Source of the DNA: an uncultured Nocardioides sp. | GTDB taxonomy: Bacteria > Actinomycetota > Actinomycetes > Propionibacteriales > Nocardioidaceae | Assembly: GCA_964517395.1 (NCBI GenBank) | Contig: CAZFEE010000003.1 | Span: 259,287-323,286, forward strand | Direction of reading: 5' to 3' | Length of the DNA stretch: 64,000 nt | Part shown: piece after piece, positions 13,001-20,543 of the stretch | Position numbering within the stretch: the first letter of the stretch is position 1 | Layout: the number at the start of each line of letters is the position of its first letter | Notes under the pieces: model-generated | What the model was told of the DNA's origin: nothing | What the model saw: the letters and a program-made list of their open reading frames with translations, nothing else | Databases searched by the model: none | Translations under genes and position numbers: made by a program

Positions 13001-13686
13001 TGCGCCTGGATCTCGATGTCGGTGTCGCGGAGCACCTCGCGGTAGGTCGCCAGGTCGCCCTCGACCTGCGGCTGGACGCGCGCCGCACCCGCCAGCGTCC
13101 AGGAGATCGACCGGTCCTCGTCCAGCGCGACCTCGGCCAGCCGGTCCCCGCCGACCTCGACCTCCAAGCCGCCCCCGGTGGACTGCCACGACCCCGCGGC
13201 GTCCTTCTCGAACTCCGGGTCGATCGGCTTCCAGTCACCCTTGTCGTCGAGGTAGTTCACCGGACCCGGCGCGATCGCCGTGGTCTCGGAGCCGTCGGCG
13301 TTCGCGAACGTCTTCGTCGTCTCGGTACGACGCGACGCGATCTCCTTGCTCGTCTTCGCGTCGAACCGCCCGGACCCCGGGGTTGAGGTCGCCGGCGCCT
13401 TCTCGACCTTGCCGACGTTGCTCGCCTTGGCGTTCTTCGCGACCGGGAAGTAGGACCGCAGCGACCGCGGGACGTGCGTGTTCTGCTTGCCGCCCACACG
13501 ATGGGACTTGCCCGCCGCCGTACCCCGGTCGGACTGCTTCGGCGCCGGCTTCGGCTTGGCTGCCGCGACGCCGGAGCCGACGACCGGCTCACTCAGCGCG
13601 GGAGCCTGCTGGAGGACCAGCGCGACCAGCACCGCGAGGACGACGACGAAGAGCGCGCGCGACGAACGCACCGACCGAGAAGACAT
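4033..13686 (-). CDS. Secreted Rhs/YD-repeat polymorphic toxin (WapA-like): signal peptide, Ig-like N-terminal domains, LamG insert (~10140-10830), Rhs core, Hint (4438-4833), C-terminal HNH-like nuclease (4033-4437)
   Basis: Many YD repeats. Core end NKYTYAAGDPVTLNDPDG. Hint CFAAGT...EHPF...VYNFEVEGDHNY...LVHN. Tip DIDHVIDLQLGG...N...SVNRSLGSQI. Start placed at ATG 13686 before the hydrophobic signal segment; the frame is open to 13785. Confidence 0.92.
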   Translation of the reverse strand: MSSRSVRSSRALFVVVLAVLVALVLQQAPALSEPVVGSGVAAAKPKPAPKQSDRGTAAGKSHRVGGKQNTHVPRSLRSYFPVAKNAKASNVGKVEKAPATSTPGSGRFDAKTSKEIASRRTETTKTFANADGSETTAIAPGPVNYLDDKGDWKPIDPEFEKDAAGSWQSTGGGLEVEVGGDRLAEVALDEDRSISWTLAGAARVQPQVEGDLATYREVLRDTDIEIQAQPAAAKETVVLRSAKAPTRFDFDLRLDGLTARLVDGQVRLEDADGELHATIPSGYATDATGESTTGVSYRLVGGDRLQVEVDAAWLRDPARTFPVRVDPSVLTPKQLKASSAMTVQSGGAYNASADFEVGGSKNARTYLRWDLSALANHTIYGANLSLVNYKSNSCVAREVAVNEVTENWSLNPDAYSLGNAPNLGKRLDATSFAYGYVPFGSSSSPCPVQGSLFELGVKGRDIVQGWANGGTNRGLAVTGTGWKQFVGPGASANRPTLYVTHSPYNAAYKISNPTPNPIVMQNANGAIKVTVTNKSAFAWASGDYSLRYRVFDSKGKAYSALPSFNAASMPALARGATTTVSATLKAMPAGMYFLDFSVVRNSPLIWFTDQQVAPVRLALQVFDVPPVVTQMYPQNGYSAPTLQPELFAKAIDVDATPGTTTYSFKVCTNSAMSTGCFTSGTATTASGWVVPAAKLSWSTQYYWNFTSGPTTSPTLTFFTDAPQPTLTSHLAGSAYGAQEREFDPSLGNYSTAAIDAAVATTGPDLTVARTYNSIDPRADGIFGAGWSTKFDVRAENATGSALVTMPDGQQVRFGKNSNATYAAPRGRNVSFVANGTTTWTMTDQSGSVYVFDQATGRLQSVKAVTGRAETFSYDAAGKLDKVVSGNSGRGLKFTWNAAGKVDTVATLDATGAVVTTWTYTYSGNLLTKVCSPTNSCTAYDYADGSHYRTAVLDTKPDSYWRLGESTGDTKAVSEVAVNLGKDEATYDAGVTLGAGGVVTNSTDTAATLAGAQAVRLPGGTSKKSRDMSVELWFKAAPSTTAMPLVGYQNKVFDGATAPTTGVPLLYIGADGKLRGQFADGTFAPVTSLATVTNDSWHHAVLTSVGTTTTLYVDGVKQNQKTSTINHVALTFNQLGAAYATTPGSWPSYGTVSKRYFKGSIDEVAVYSHGISAGEVTDHFKAAAGTKQLTKVTLPSGKVVSEIGYDVETDRVKEYTDQHGGTWTLGEPLVSGTTTDMRRTVVVKDPADRIYLYEYDALAGYLLRSAMPNGNGVRPQDAERCAAPSAEDPRFCAPAPEDPDNIQLWDISGSDIRSMDYDAQGRMTAVYNEIGDVVTMKYDARGNVTERTTCRTAPGASPSDCATSYTTYPTSTSGYTALDPRWDKPLTKVDPRAGLYWAPSYITEYTYNEAGQLLTQTAPAPELGKVTNTYSGDSEPGVDGGTIPSGLPLSTKDAASKTTSFAYFKSGDLARVTEPSGLVTKFGYDRLGRTVTKTEVWGGRETTTTYTYDEQSRVIKTLMPGHRDAVSGVDHQQQVVQTYDVDGNVATTEVADALGNDAARLTSYEYDDHNRMTRVTDPSGNEVAYEYDQFGNQTSMVDAGGTRTEFAYTARNKIAEVRLRDPDSTESSGFLVTMAYAYDAAGRLVATYDAMGRKVTIDYFHDDLVAKKTLTTFKRPGETQETPYVLEAYTYDKAGSVITEKTGNGSRQVTYTRDELGRVKTQTVGVAPLTRKTTYTYDLAGNVSQVDTTGDKSNVSWATTDTSSVAYGYDAAGRQTSETVTLPSGTATTTTAYDALGHITKVVSPRGNVAGANPDDYATTFSYDDAGNRTKVTAPPTLREEYGTAAATVSATEEIGYDTFGSPVASRDALGRVSSVEYDKRGLPVKQVAPSYTAPGTSTPVVPVTTIDYDANGNQTKVTDPRGSETRFDYDRLGRVVRVDAPAHDNDDRAVTTYDYTRTGQVRRVEGPLGTKVESTYDDLDRPVTSTVFETTPVADTFTTAYTYDDASNVTEITSPQLNKTTSTYDALGQLLTVKDPAGVQSAFGYDGAGRQVSVKDALGRVSRTDYDVAGRMTASTQLSASGTEGPKQTYGYDVEGNLTTSTPAGSPASTYEWDAASRLKKQVEPAGAGSTITTSFGYDAAGNRTRFTDGRGNETWYQYGTFGLESVIEPATLAHPALADRRWQTRYDPTGLPVQLTAPGGVTRQRAFDAAGRLVSETGSGAEAATASRTLTYDLLGRLTSASTPAGTNTYAYDQRGQLLEAAGPSGAATFSYDRDGQLAKRTDSSGTSIFGYTQGQLTSVTDGSSGAQVALTYDTTGAPATINYGAGRVRTFGYDAFGRQASDVLRNNGGQTVASTAYEYNAKGNVSRKTTTGVSGAADNTYTYDDAARLTSWSVAGGATTTYAWDASGNRTKVNGATATYDQRNRLVSDNGTDYSYSPRGSLKSRTNGSTTEAFTFDAFDRMISQGAKNYSYDAFDRVAQAGGKTFAYAGLDDDVVGDGTSTFGRGPGGGVISEKSGTRNRMLLSDQHGDVTGGFDPADTTLSALPDSRTFDPWGKKTATQGVDSAAGFQGSWTDPTTGEINMKARWYSATSGTFDSRDTASYSSGPSILANKYTYAAGDPVTLNDPDGNWPSCGICNKVKDKVSSTVSSAASSVKHYASSAYKYASSAASKVYGYGKAAVNAIADAGRWIYDKAKAGLNAVKNAFNATVNWAKDKISDGIEWAKKKAAEAAAAAHRAAVALTEKTKAVIEHAAKYNPLPAIKAAVAPVYAGLKTVVSAVANAPARIVQATVDVVKTTAKQVQAIYETTVKAVGKVVESVSTAVSAAGDWVKDNWKTIASVAAGIAVGAACTALTAGAGSVACAMLGTAVTGAVGGALDCSGGKSMAACMAKGAVDAVVAPVKDAVGCVTDPTISGCVSTALSVLPAAGSKVGGKFAEKYLKKLDGGCSCFAAGTKVTTAKGDKPIEKVKVGDKVVARDMVTGKKRLRTVKAVSSHVDTRMMTLVVAGEKIRVTTEHPFHTDQGWVSSGDLEVGDKVTLIDGGTAAITSITYDSKPTRVYNFEVEGDHNYAVTAAGVLVHNSACDLPGPGSQAKAADPGGVSISLKYKEGWTDAQKAAADDKVQALNDAAEAGLLRVTPVKRSGTSASSVFKKEGGTVPADADIDHVIDLQLGGIDDISNMLPLNFSVNRSLGSQIGHQIRGLQPGTCVISVRIC

Positions 13687-13792
13687 GCCCGAGACCCCCC
13701 AGGGCGCGCGCCGGGACCCGATGTCCGGCCGTCCGCGACCCCACTTGACCAGCGAACGATGCCACGACGTACCAGGGTTCGTCACTCGAATG

Positions 13793-13830
13793 AACGTAAA
13801 ACCTTGGAGAAACCTGAGAATTTCCTGGGA
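13793..13830 (-). promoter_or_regulatory. Triple direct hexamer repeat (OmpR/MprA-type response regulator box) plus -10 element upstream of the Rhs gene
   Basis: Minus strand reads TCCCAG-N5-TCTCAG-N5-TCCAAG (11-bp period), followed by TACGTT. Confidence 0.55.
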
Positions 13831-13888
13831 GCAGGGTGTGAGGCAAGGTTTCCACCGCGCTCACCGCCCCCTCCGTAGATTGGAGGAC

Positions 13889-14557
13889 ATGCTCGTCGCC
13901 ATCGTCGGAGGCAACGGCCAGATCGCCCGGCTGCTGCACCCTCTCGTCGTCGCCCAGGGGCACACGCCCGTCGCCCTCGTCCGGCGGGAGGACCAGCGCG
14001 CCGCCCTCGAGGAGCTCGGCGCGGAGGTGCGCCTGCTCGACATCGAGAGCGCCGGGGTCGAGGAGTTCGAGACCGCCTTCGCGGACTGCTCCGCGGTCGT
14101 GTTCGCCGCCGGCGGCGGACCCGACGGCAACATCGAGCGCAAGCGCACCGTCGACCTCGGCGGTTCGGTGAAGTCGATCGAGGCCGCCACCCGGGCCGGC
14201 ATCCGCCGGTTCGTCCAGGTCTCCGCCATCAACGTCGACGAGCCCGTCGACCCCGAGGCGAGCGAGGTGTGGGCGGCGTACGTCGCCGCGAAGCGCGACG
14301 CCGACCTCGCCCTGCGCGAGAGCCAGCTGGCCTGGACGATCCTGCGCCCCGGGCGGCTCACCGACGACCCCGCCACCGGTCACGTCGCCCTCGGCCCGGA
14401 CGTCGCCCGCGGCGACGTGACCCGTGCCGACGTCGCGGCCGTGCTGGCCGCGGTGCTGGACCGCCCGGACACGGTCGGCCAGCAGTGGAACCTCGTCGGC
14501 GGCGACGTACCGCTCGACGAGGCGGTGGACCGGGCGGCGGCTGCCGCCCGGCCCTAG
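13889..14557 (+). CDS. NAD(P)-binding oxidoreductase (atypical SDR)
   Basis: GGAGG RBS. Rossmann motif IVGGNGQIA; VVFAAG, Y..AK, ILRPGRLTD, R.DVA motifs. Confidence 0.9.
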   Translation: MLVAIVGGNGQIARLLHPLVVAQGHTPVALVRREDQRAALEELGAEVRLLDIESAGVEEFETAFADCSAVVFAAGGGPDGNIERKRTVDLGGSVKSIEAATRAGIRRFVQVSAINVDEPVDPEASEVWAAYVAAKRDADLALRESQLAWTILRPGRLTDDPATGHVALGPDVARGDVTRADVAAVLAAVLDRPDTVGQQWNLVGGDVPLDEAVDRAAAAARP

Positions 14558-14578
14558 TCCGTCCCCCCGCTCAGCGGG

Positions 14579-14746
14579 TCAGACGGCGCGCCGACCGCCG
14601 CGACCGTTGAAGATCGAGACGCCTCCCGGACCGACCAGCAGGCCGACCACGATCAGCACGATGCCCAGCAGGATGCTCCCCTGGACGAGGGTCACGATGC
14701 CTGCGATGACCAGCACCACCGCGGCGATCCACAAAAGCGTGCCCAT
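14579..14746 (-). CDS. GPGG-motif small membrane protein (55 aa)
   Basis: My translation: MGTLLWIAAVVLVIAGIVTLVQGSILLGIVLIVVGLLVGPGGVSIFNGRGGRRAV. RBS AAGGGAG. A GGGTAC stress-sigma-like -10 lies ~45 nt upstream. Confidence 0.85.
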   Translation of the reverse strand: MGTLLWIAAVVLVIAGIVTLVQGSILLGIVLIVVGLLVGPGGVSIFNGRGGRRAV

Positions 14747-14850
14747 GACAATCTCCCTTCACTGACCCACCTCGTGTGGGGACCGGGTGGTACCCGCCAC
14801 CAGCCGGATCAGACGTCGGGCACCGCACGGTCGCGGCGTCGGAGGTCGGT

Positions 14851-15348
14851 TCAGTAGCCCTCGTTGACACCCGCCACGGGAGCGGCGCCCTGGACGTCGA
14901 AGGCCCACTTGATGCCCCAACCGCAGCGGCGGACGCCCTCGGAGTCGAGGCACAAGACGAGCAGGGAGCGGCTGTTGTCGTCCGTGTAGACGTAGGTCGG
15001 CCGCTCGGTCCCGCAGCCGTAGGCGACCCTGGCCCAGCTCCCGTTGTTCTGCACCCACAGCGAGAAGCAGTTGTCGGTGGAGCCGTCGGTCCCCGTCAGC
15101 TCCAGATGCCCACGGTAGAGGCCGTTCCCGTTGCAGGTCCCCGCCTGCGGAACCTCCTTCACGACGAAGGTCCCCAGGATGAACTCGCTGACGACGGCAT
15201 GTCCGGTGCTGACGCAACGCGCCTCGGCGGGCGGCGCACCGCCGAGGACCGAGAGCGCCAGCAACGGCGCCGTCACCGCGGCCACCACCGTCGCCCGAGA
15301 CGCCGTGGACCTTCGCGAGAAGCCGAACCTGCGCAGCAGATGAAGCAC
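14851..15348 (-). CDS. Small secreted cysteine-containing hypothetical protein
   Basis: GTG start with GAAGGGGG RBS. Signal peptide ending AEA. Six Cys in the mature part. Confidence 0.7.
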   Translation of the reverse strand: MLHLLRRFGFSRRSTASRATVVAAVTAPLLALSVLGGAPPAEARCVSTGHAVVSEFILGTFVVKEVPQAGTCNGNGLYRGHLELTGTDGSTDNCFSLWVQNNGSWARVAYGCGTERPTYVYTDDNSRSLLVLCLDSEGVRRCGWGIKWAFDVQGAAPVAGVNEGY

Positions 15349-15427
15349 GACCCGTCCCCCTTCGACGGAGCGCCCCGAAGCGCTCCCACCCGTGGCAGCC
15401 ACTATCGCTTAACAGGACTTGCCCCTG

Positions 15428-15658
15428 TCAATCCCCCGCGAGCGGCTCCACGGACCCGACCCGCAGCACCGTGACCTCGAGCTCCTCGATCACCAGCTTC
15501 TTGATCGTGCCCTCCCCCACCGCCAGGCGGCCGACGGCCACAGCACCCACGGCGAGCGCGCCGATCGCGAACGCACCGAGGGCGACGGCGCCGTAAGCCG
15601 AGGCGCCCAGCGCGAGGGCGCCACGCAGACGCGGGGTCAGGTCGAGGGAGGGCTCCAT
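15428..15658 (-). CDS. Small Gly/Ala-rich membrane hypothetical protein
   Basis: MEPSLDL...GA(F/L/V)A(I/V/L) pentad repeats, then IKKLVIEELEV. Confidence 0.7.
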   Translation of the reverse strand: MEPSLDLTPRLRGALALGASAYGAVALGAFAIGALAVGAVAVGRLAVGEGTIKKLVIEELEVTVLRVGSVEPLAGD

Positions 15659-15714
15659 AGAGCGATCCTGGCACGCTCGGGCGGTCGTCCGCCTGGAACC
15701 GGAAGCGGCCCGTC

Positions 15715-16224
15715 TCAGCCCATTCGTCGAGAGGCGCGCGGCCACGTCGTGGAATGACGTGCTCCGTCGACGTCGAGGAACTCGACCGACGCCCGCATCG
15801 TGTGGAGCTTCGCGCGCTCGGCGTAGTTCATCTGGAGCCGCCTTGACCACTCCCGCGACCCCCCGCCCGGTAGGACCGGGTGATGGAGGTCGATGGATCG
15901 CGTGATCCCGGTCGGAATCCCACCGTGCTCGATCCGCTCGACGTCGAGGTCGAAATGGACGTGCACGTTCACGTCGGAGATCGGGAACCGCCCGGGGTTG
16001 TCGACGCGGAAGACGAACTGCCACACAGCCTGGCCGCCGGGGTCACGGTCGGACTCGTTCGGTCGCACCTTCGGGTGCCACGACGCGCTGACCCCGTCGA
16101 CCCCAAGCCGACGCTCCTCCTGCCGGTCGGCGAGCAACAACCGCATCTGCCACCCGGAGAAGCCCAGACCGCCGGCCGCCGCAACTGCGGAGACTACAGA
16201 AACGGTCGTACTCAGATCACTCAC
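15715..16224 (-). CDS. Hypothetical protein with N-terminal membrane anchor
   Basis: GTG with GAGAGGAG RBS. N-terminal hydrophobic segment, then beta-rich domain. Lies immediately downstream of the tmRNA terminator. Confidence 0.65.
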   Translation of the reverse strand: MSDLSTTVSVVSAVAAAGGLGFSGWQMRLLLADRQEERRLGVDGVSASWHPKVRPNESDRDPGGQAVWQFVFRVDNPGRFPISDVNVHVHFDLDVERIEHGGIPTGITRSIDLHHPVLPGGGSREWSRRLQMNYAERAKLHTMRASVEFLDVDGARHSTTWPRASRRMG

Positions 16225-16332
16225 CCGAACTCCTCTCTCGAGCCGACCGTACGCCCTCGCGGTCGACGGGGCCGACACCCGGCCGGCTCGGACCTGGAGC
16301 CCGGCCGCGCGGCGCCCGCGACGAGAAACACA

Positions 16333-16363
16333 CAGAGGCTCCCGGCACGGCCGGGAGCCTCTG
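16333..16363 (-). terminator. Intrinsic terminator of ssrA
   Basis: Perfect 14-bp inverted repeat CAGAGGCTCCCGGC/GCCGGGAGCCTCTG, followed on the minus strand by TGTGTTTCT. Confidence 0.85.
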
Positions 16364-16370
16364 CGAAGAG

Positions 16371-16737
16371 TGGAGCTGCGGGGAATCGAACCCCGGTCCT
16401 CGAGCGTCGAGCCAGGTCTTCTCCGGGTGCAGTCAGTGCTGGCGTTTTCTCGGCCCCGGCGCTCGCACTGACACGTCGCCGACAGGCCCAGCCGGGTTTG
16501 AGTCCCGCGCCACCCTCCCGGCGAGAGTGACGCGGCAAGTCTCCTAGATGACGCCTGGGTCCGGGACGGAGACGGATGCCCGGTCAGACGCTTCGATCAC
16601 TGCTCAGGCAGCGAGAGCGAAGGAACTGCGCTTAGCGTTGGCAGTTATTGGTTTCCAGCGATCGTTTACGAGATGACGCTGGCTTCTCGACCCGCTTCCC
16701 CTGGGACAAACGTCCCAAGTCGAAACCGATCAGCCCC
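16371..16737 (-). ncRNA. ssrA: tmRNA; tag peptide (A)ANAKRSSFALAA
   Basis: 5' GGGGCTGATCGGTTTCGAC; 3' GGTTCGATTCCCCGCAGCTCCA (tRNA-Ala-like acceptor and T arm). Internal frame GCC AAC GCT AAG CGC AGT TCC TTC GCT CTC GCT GCC TGA. smpB is nearby. TAGAGT -10 at 16758-16763. CCA is not fully encoded. Confidence 0.97.
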
Positions 16738-16777
16738 TCTTGAGTTGTGAAGTGACCACTCTACCGGGCACCAACAC

Positions 16778-16811
16778 CGCAGGCCCACCGGATAGTCCCG
16801 GTGGGCCTGCG
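16778..16811 (-). terminator. Stem-loop after the serine protease gene
   Basis: Inverted repeat CGCAGGCCCACCGG/CCGGTGGGCCTGCG. Confidence 0.7.
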
Positions 16812-16823
16812 GCTGAGGGAGCC

Positions 16824-17657
16824 TCAGAGGCCGAAGCCCGCGAGCCAGGTGCGGACGACGGGGATGTCGACGCGCTGGTAGCCGTCGAGGTAGCGGCAGT
16901 TGTCGGTGTAGCCGTACGACGTCACGCCGACCACCCCACCGTTGAGCCACAGCGAGCCGCCGGAGTCGCCGAAGCAGGTGCCTCCGGTGCCGAACGGGTC
17001 CTTCTCGTTGCCGTTGGTCTGGATGATCTGCGGGGTGATCTTCTGGCCGGGCATCTGCACGTAGCGGCGCAGCAGCGGGTAGCTCATCGGGACGGGCTTC
17101 TGCGGGCCGGAGTCGGGCTGGCGGACCTCGGTGCCGTAGCCCACGGCGGTGAAGAGCGTCTTGCGCGGCTGCTTGACCGCGTCGGCGGCGTCGAGCGGGG
17201 CCAGCGGCGCCGGGGCGATGTCGGTGACGGGGGTGTCGAGGACGATGACGCCCACGTCGTTCCAGTTGTCCAGGTCGGTGAAGTCGCTGTACTGCGGGTG
17301 CGTGTACGCCGTGCCGGAGAGGTAGCCGGCGGCGGCGAGCTCGGCGGACGTGTAGCCGGCGGCGGGGTTCGCGGCGACGGGCAGCGGCGAGGGCGGCGCC
17401 TCGGCGATGACGCTGTCGAAGGTCACCAGGGTCTTGCCGAGGGTGCCGGACGTGCAGTGCGCGGCGGTGAGGACGACGGTGGGGCTGACCAGGGTGGCCG
17501 AGCAGCGGAACCGGCCGGTGGCGTCGTAGAACGCGATGAGGCCGACGTTGGGGTGCAGGTCGCCGTCGGGCGTCCCGCCGGTGCTGGCGGACGCAGGGGC
17601 GACGAGGCCGACGGCGGCGAGGACGACGCCGGCGAGGACCATCAGACGAGCACGCAT
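16824..17657 (-). CDS. Secreted trypsin-like (S1) serine protease
   Basis: Signal peptide. Catalytic triad motifs TAAHC, NDVGV and GDSGG. GGAGGAG RBS. Confidence 0.92.
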   Translation of the reverse strand: MRARLMVLAGVVLAAVGLVAPASASTGGTPDGDLHPNVGLIAFYDATGRFRCSATLVSPTVVLTAAHCTSGTLGKTLVTFDSVIAEAPPSPLPVAANPAAGYTSAELAAAGYLSGTAYTHPQYSDFTDLDNWNDVGVIVLDTPVTDIAPAPLAPLDAADAVKQPRKTLFTAVGYGTEVRQPDSGPQKPVPMSYPLLRRYVQMPGQKITPQIIQTNGNEKDPFGTGGTCFGDSGGSLWLNGGVVGVTSYGYTDNCRYLDGYQRVDIPVVRTWLAGFGL

Positions 17658-17728
17658 GGATCTCCTCCGAGAGAGGGGGCAGGGCTGTCCAGTCCAGCAC
17701 GCCCGTCCCGCGTTGGGAACCATCGCTT

Positions 17729-18628
17729 TCAAGATCTTGCGGTGAGAGGCCCGATCAGCCGCAAGGCGTTGTGCCAGCACACGTCACGCAGCCAGTCGTC
17801 GCCGAGATCGAGCCGGGCGAGGCCTTCGAGCTGGTGGTGGTAGGGGTACGGGATGGTCGGGAAGTCCGTGCCCAGCAGCACCTTGGGCTGCAGGTCCTTC
17901 AACCGCGGCAGCAGGGCGGCGGGATAGGCGCCGTCGGCGTCGAAGAACTCGGTGAAGACCATCGTGGTGTCGAGGTGGACGTTCTCGTAGCGCTCGGCGA
18001 GGACGAGGAAGTCGTCGTACTCCGGGGCACCCATGTGCGCGATCACCAGCCGCAGCCGCGGGAACCGCCGCAACAGCCGGGCCACCGAGTCCGGGCCGGT
18101 GAAGGCGTTGCCGACGGGCCCGGAGCCGGCGTGCACGGTGACAGGCGTCCCACTGTCCTCCAGCACGCCCCACACCGGGTCGAGCACCGGGTCGTCGGCG
18201 ACGAACTCGCCGACCTGGAGGTGGATCTTGAACATCCGTACGCCGTCCTCGACCAGCTCCGCGACGTACCGTCCCGCCTCGGGCTCGGGGTAGAACGTGG
18301 CCGAGCGCAGGATCTCCGGCGCGGTCGCGGCGAACTCCCCCGACCACCCGTTGAGGTACGACGCCACGCCCGGCTTGTGCGCATAGGGATGTGTCGGGAA
18401 GGCACGGACGCCGAAGTCCCGCAGCAGCGCGACCCGCTCCTCCAGCGACTGCCGGTAGCGGATCGGCCAGGGCCGGCCGATCTTCGGGCCCGCCTCGTCG
18501 AACACCGCCCACACCGCGCGCTGGATGTTCGGCGGCAGGAAGTGGGTGTGCAGGTCGACCAGCCCGGGCAGGCCGAGCGGCTCCCAGAACGCCCGGACGG
18601 CGGGCGCGTCGGCGGCGACGTCAGTCAC
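17729..18628 (-). CDS. Amidohydrolase family protein
   Basis: DLHTH, KIH, VHAG, IAHMG and GTDFP metal-binding motifs. Overlaps the smpB stop. Confidence 0.9.
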   Translation of the reverse strand: MTDVAADAPAVRAFWEPLGLPGLVDLHTHFLPPNIQRAVWAVFDEAGPKIGRPWPIRYRQSLEERVALLRDFGVRAFPTHPYAHKPGVASYLNGWSGEFAATAPEILRSATFYPEPEAGRYVAELVEDGVRMFKIHLQVGEFVADDPVLDPVWGVLEDSGTPVTVHAGSGPVGNAFTGPDSVARLLRRFPRLRLVIAHMGAPEYDDFLVLAERYENVHLDTTMVFTEFFDADGAYPAALLPRLKDLQPKVLLGTDFPTIPYPYHHQLEGLARLDLGDDWLRDVCWHNALRLIGPLTARS

Positions 18629-19133
18629 GCATGCCCTTGAGCCGGCGCCCGATCGCCTCTTCCTTCTCCCGGTCGGCGGTGCGCTCGGCGATGGCCTGGC
18701 GCTTGTCCCACGACTTCTTGCCCTTGGCGAGGCCGATCTCGATCTTGGCGCGGCCCTTGACGAAGTAGAGCGCCAGCGGGACCACGGTGTGTCCCTTCTC
18801 GCTGACCTTGCGCTCGATCTTGTCGATCTCCTCGCGGTGCAGCAGCAGCTTGCGCTTGCGCCGCGCGGCGTGGTTGGTCCAGGTGCCCTGGGCGTACTCC
18901 GGGATGTGCACGGCGTGCAGCCAGGCCTCGCCGCGGTCGATGTCGACGAAGCCGTCGACGAGGCTCGCGCGGCCCAGCCGCAGGGACTTCACCTCGGTGC
19001 CCTGGAGCACCAGGCCGGCCTCGAAGGTGTCCTCGATGTGGTAGTCGTGGCGCGCCTTCTTGTTGGACGCGACGAGCTTGCGCGCCCCGTCGTCGCCCTT
19101 GCCGGCGGACGCTCCGGACTTCCCCTTGGCCAT
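18621..19133 (-). CDS. smpB: SsrA-binding protein
   Basis: [40 protein letters not shown]. Confidence 0.98.
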   Translation of the reverse strand: MAKGKSGASAGKGDDGARKLVASNKKARHDYHIEDTFEAGLVLQGTEVKSLRLGRASLVDGFVDIDRGEAWLHAVHIPEYAQGTWTNHAARRKRKLLLHREEIDKIERKVSEKGHTVVPLALYFVKGRAKIEIGLAKGKKSWDKRQAIAERTADREKEEAIGRRLKGMRD

Positions 19134-19189
19134 GTCCCCATTCTCTCAGGAGGGGGCAACGGGTTTGCCCGGGGTGGTCCGGCGGCGGG

Positions 19190-20488
19190 TCAGAGGTACG
19201 GCGCCGGGTCGACCGGGGTGCCGTTGCGCATCACGATGAAGTGCAGGTGGCAGCCGGTGGACCAGCCGGTGGCACCGGAGTACCCGACGGTCTGGCCGCG
19301 CTTGACGCGCTGGCCCTGGCCGACGGCGTACCCGCTCATGTGGTTGTAGACCAGCACGATCGAGGCGCCGTTGACGCGGCCGATGGCGAGGTACAGACGG
19401 TTGCCGTAGACCTCGTCGTAGTAGCGGTTGATGACCGTGCCGGACTCGCCCGCGACCAGGCGCGCCCCGCAGCCGGTGCCGAAGTCGATGCCGTTGTGCA
19501 GGCCGTAGTAGCCGTAGATCGGGTGGATCCGGTAGCCGTACGGCGAGGTGACCGGACCGGGGCCCGGCTTTGCGAGCAGGCCGCCGGTGTCGCCGTTGTA
19601 GCTGCCGCCCTGCTTGCGCGACAGCGCCAGGATCGTGCGGCGGATCTTGGCCTCGCGGGCCTCCAGCCGGCGCAGCGCGGCCCGGTCGGCGGCCCGTGCG
19701 GCGACGACCGCGGAGCGGGCGCTGGCGGTGCTGCGGACCAGGCTGGCGACCTTGGCCTCCGCGGACGTGGCGCGGGTGACCAGGGCGGTCACCTCGGCCA
19801 CGTTGTCGTCGGCGGCCTTCTTGGCCGTGGCGACGTTGTTGCGCGCGTCGCGCACCGCGGCCTCGTGGGTGGTCAGCTGGTCCTGGACGACGACGAGCTG
19901 GTCGAGGGTCTGCTGCTGGCGCCCCGTGATGACGCCGTTGGCCGTGAGGCTGATCAGCACCTCGTCCATCGACTCCCCGTCGGCGTACGCCGAGAGCAGG
20001 GCCAGGTCCGGGTTGGACTCCGTCGCCATCGCGATGACGGTGTCGCGGCCCTCCTGGCGCTGCCCGGCGACCTCGGCCTTGGCCTGCTTCAGCTCGGCCT
20101 TGGCGGTGGCCAGCTTCGTCTCCGCCTCGGCCAGCTTCGTCCTCAGCGCCGTGGCACGCGCCCGCGCGGTGGTGAGCTCGGCACGCACCGACGTCAGCGT
20201 GGTGCGGGCCGCGGTGAGCTTCGCCTCCGCGGTGCGCAGCTTCCCGGTGAACGAGGCCACCTTGGCGCTGGCCTCGTTGATCTCGCCCTTGACGTCCTTG
20301 ATCTGGCCCTTGACCTGGTTCTGCTTGTCCTTCAGGTCGTCGCGGTCGTCGGCGTTGGCGAGCGGGACGGCCAGGCCGAGGACCGCGACCAGGGCGGCGA
20401 GGATCGTGACGAGCCACTGGGGATGAGCCCATGCCGGCATCCGGTCGAGGGTACGGCGGAGCCAGGGGGCGCTGGGGAAGGAGCGCAC
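19190..20488 (-). CDS. Coiled-coil M23 family peptidoglycan endopeptidase (FtsEX-associated)
   Basis: Signal peptide and long coiled coil. HNGIDF, YNHM and TGCHLHF M23 motifs. Start uncertain. Confidence 0.9.
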   Translation of the reverse strand: MRSFPSAPWLRRTLDRMPAWAHPQWLVTILAALVAVLGLAVPLANADDRDDLKDKQNQVKGQIKDVKGEINEASAKVASFTGKLRTAEAKLTAARTTLTSVRAELTTARARATALRTKLAEAETKLATAKAELKQAKAEVAGQRQEGRDTVIAMATESNPDLALLSAYADGESMDEVLISLTANGVITGRQQQTLDQLVVVQDQLTTHEAAVRDARNNVATAKKAADDNVAEVTALVTRATSAEAKVASLVRSTASARSAVVAARAADRAALRRLEAREAKIRRTILALSRKQGGSYNGDTGGLLAKPGPGPVTSPYGYRIHPIYGYYGLHNGIDFGTGCGARLVAGESGTVINRYYDEVYGNRLYLAIGRVNGASIVLVYNHMSGYAVGQGQRVKRGQTVGYSGATGWSTGCHLHFIVMRNGTPVDPAPYL

Positions 20489-20543
20489 GGTACGACCAAT
20501 CAGTGTTCGGGGAAGTGAACGGATCGACGGTAACTGCCGCTGA

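Noticed and set aside
4069..13386. 3105-aa plus-strand ORF, and similar long ORFs at 36892-42330, 42412-48015, 1368-3686 and 26470-28791
   Set aside because: Antisense shadows of real high-GC genes; no recognisable motifs, and composition is typical of reverse frames.
14579..16371. Genomic island integrated at the tmRNA 3' end
   Set aside because: Accessory-looking genes follow ssrA, but I found no duplicated ssrA 3' end or integrase in this part of the window.
16824..17657. Trypsin-like gene as an umbrella toxin UmbA component
   Set aside because: Intact catalytic triad, no lectin extension, located among core genes, and neither toxin shows ALF repeats.
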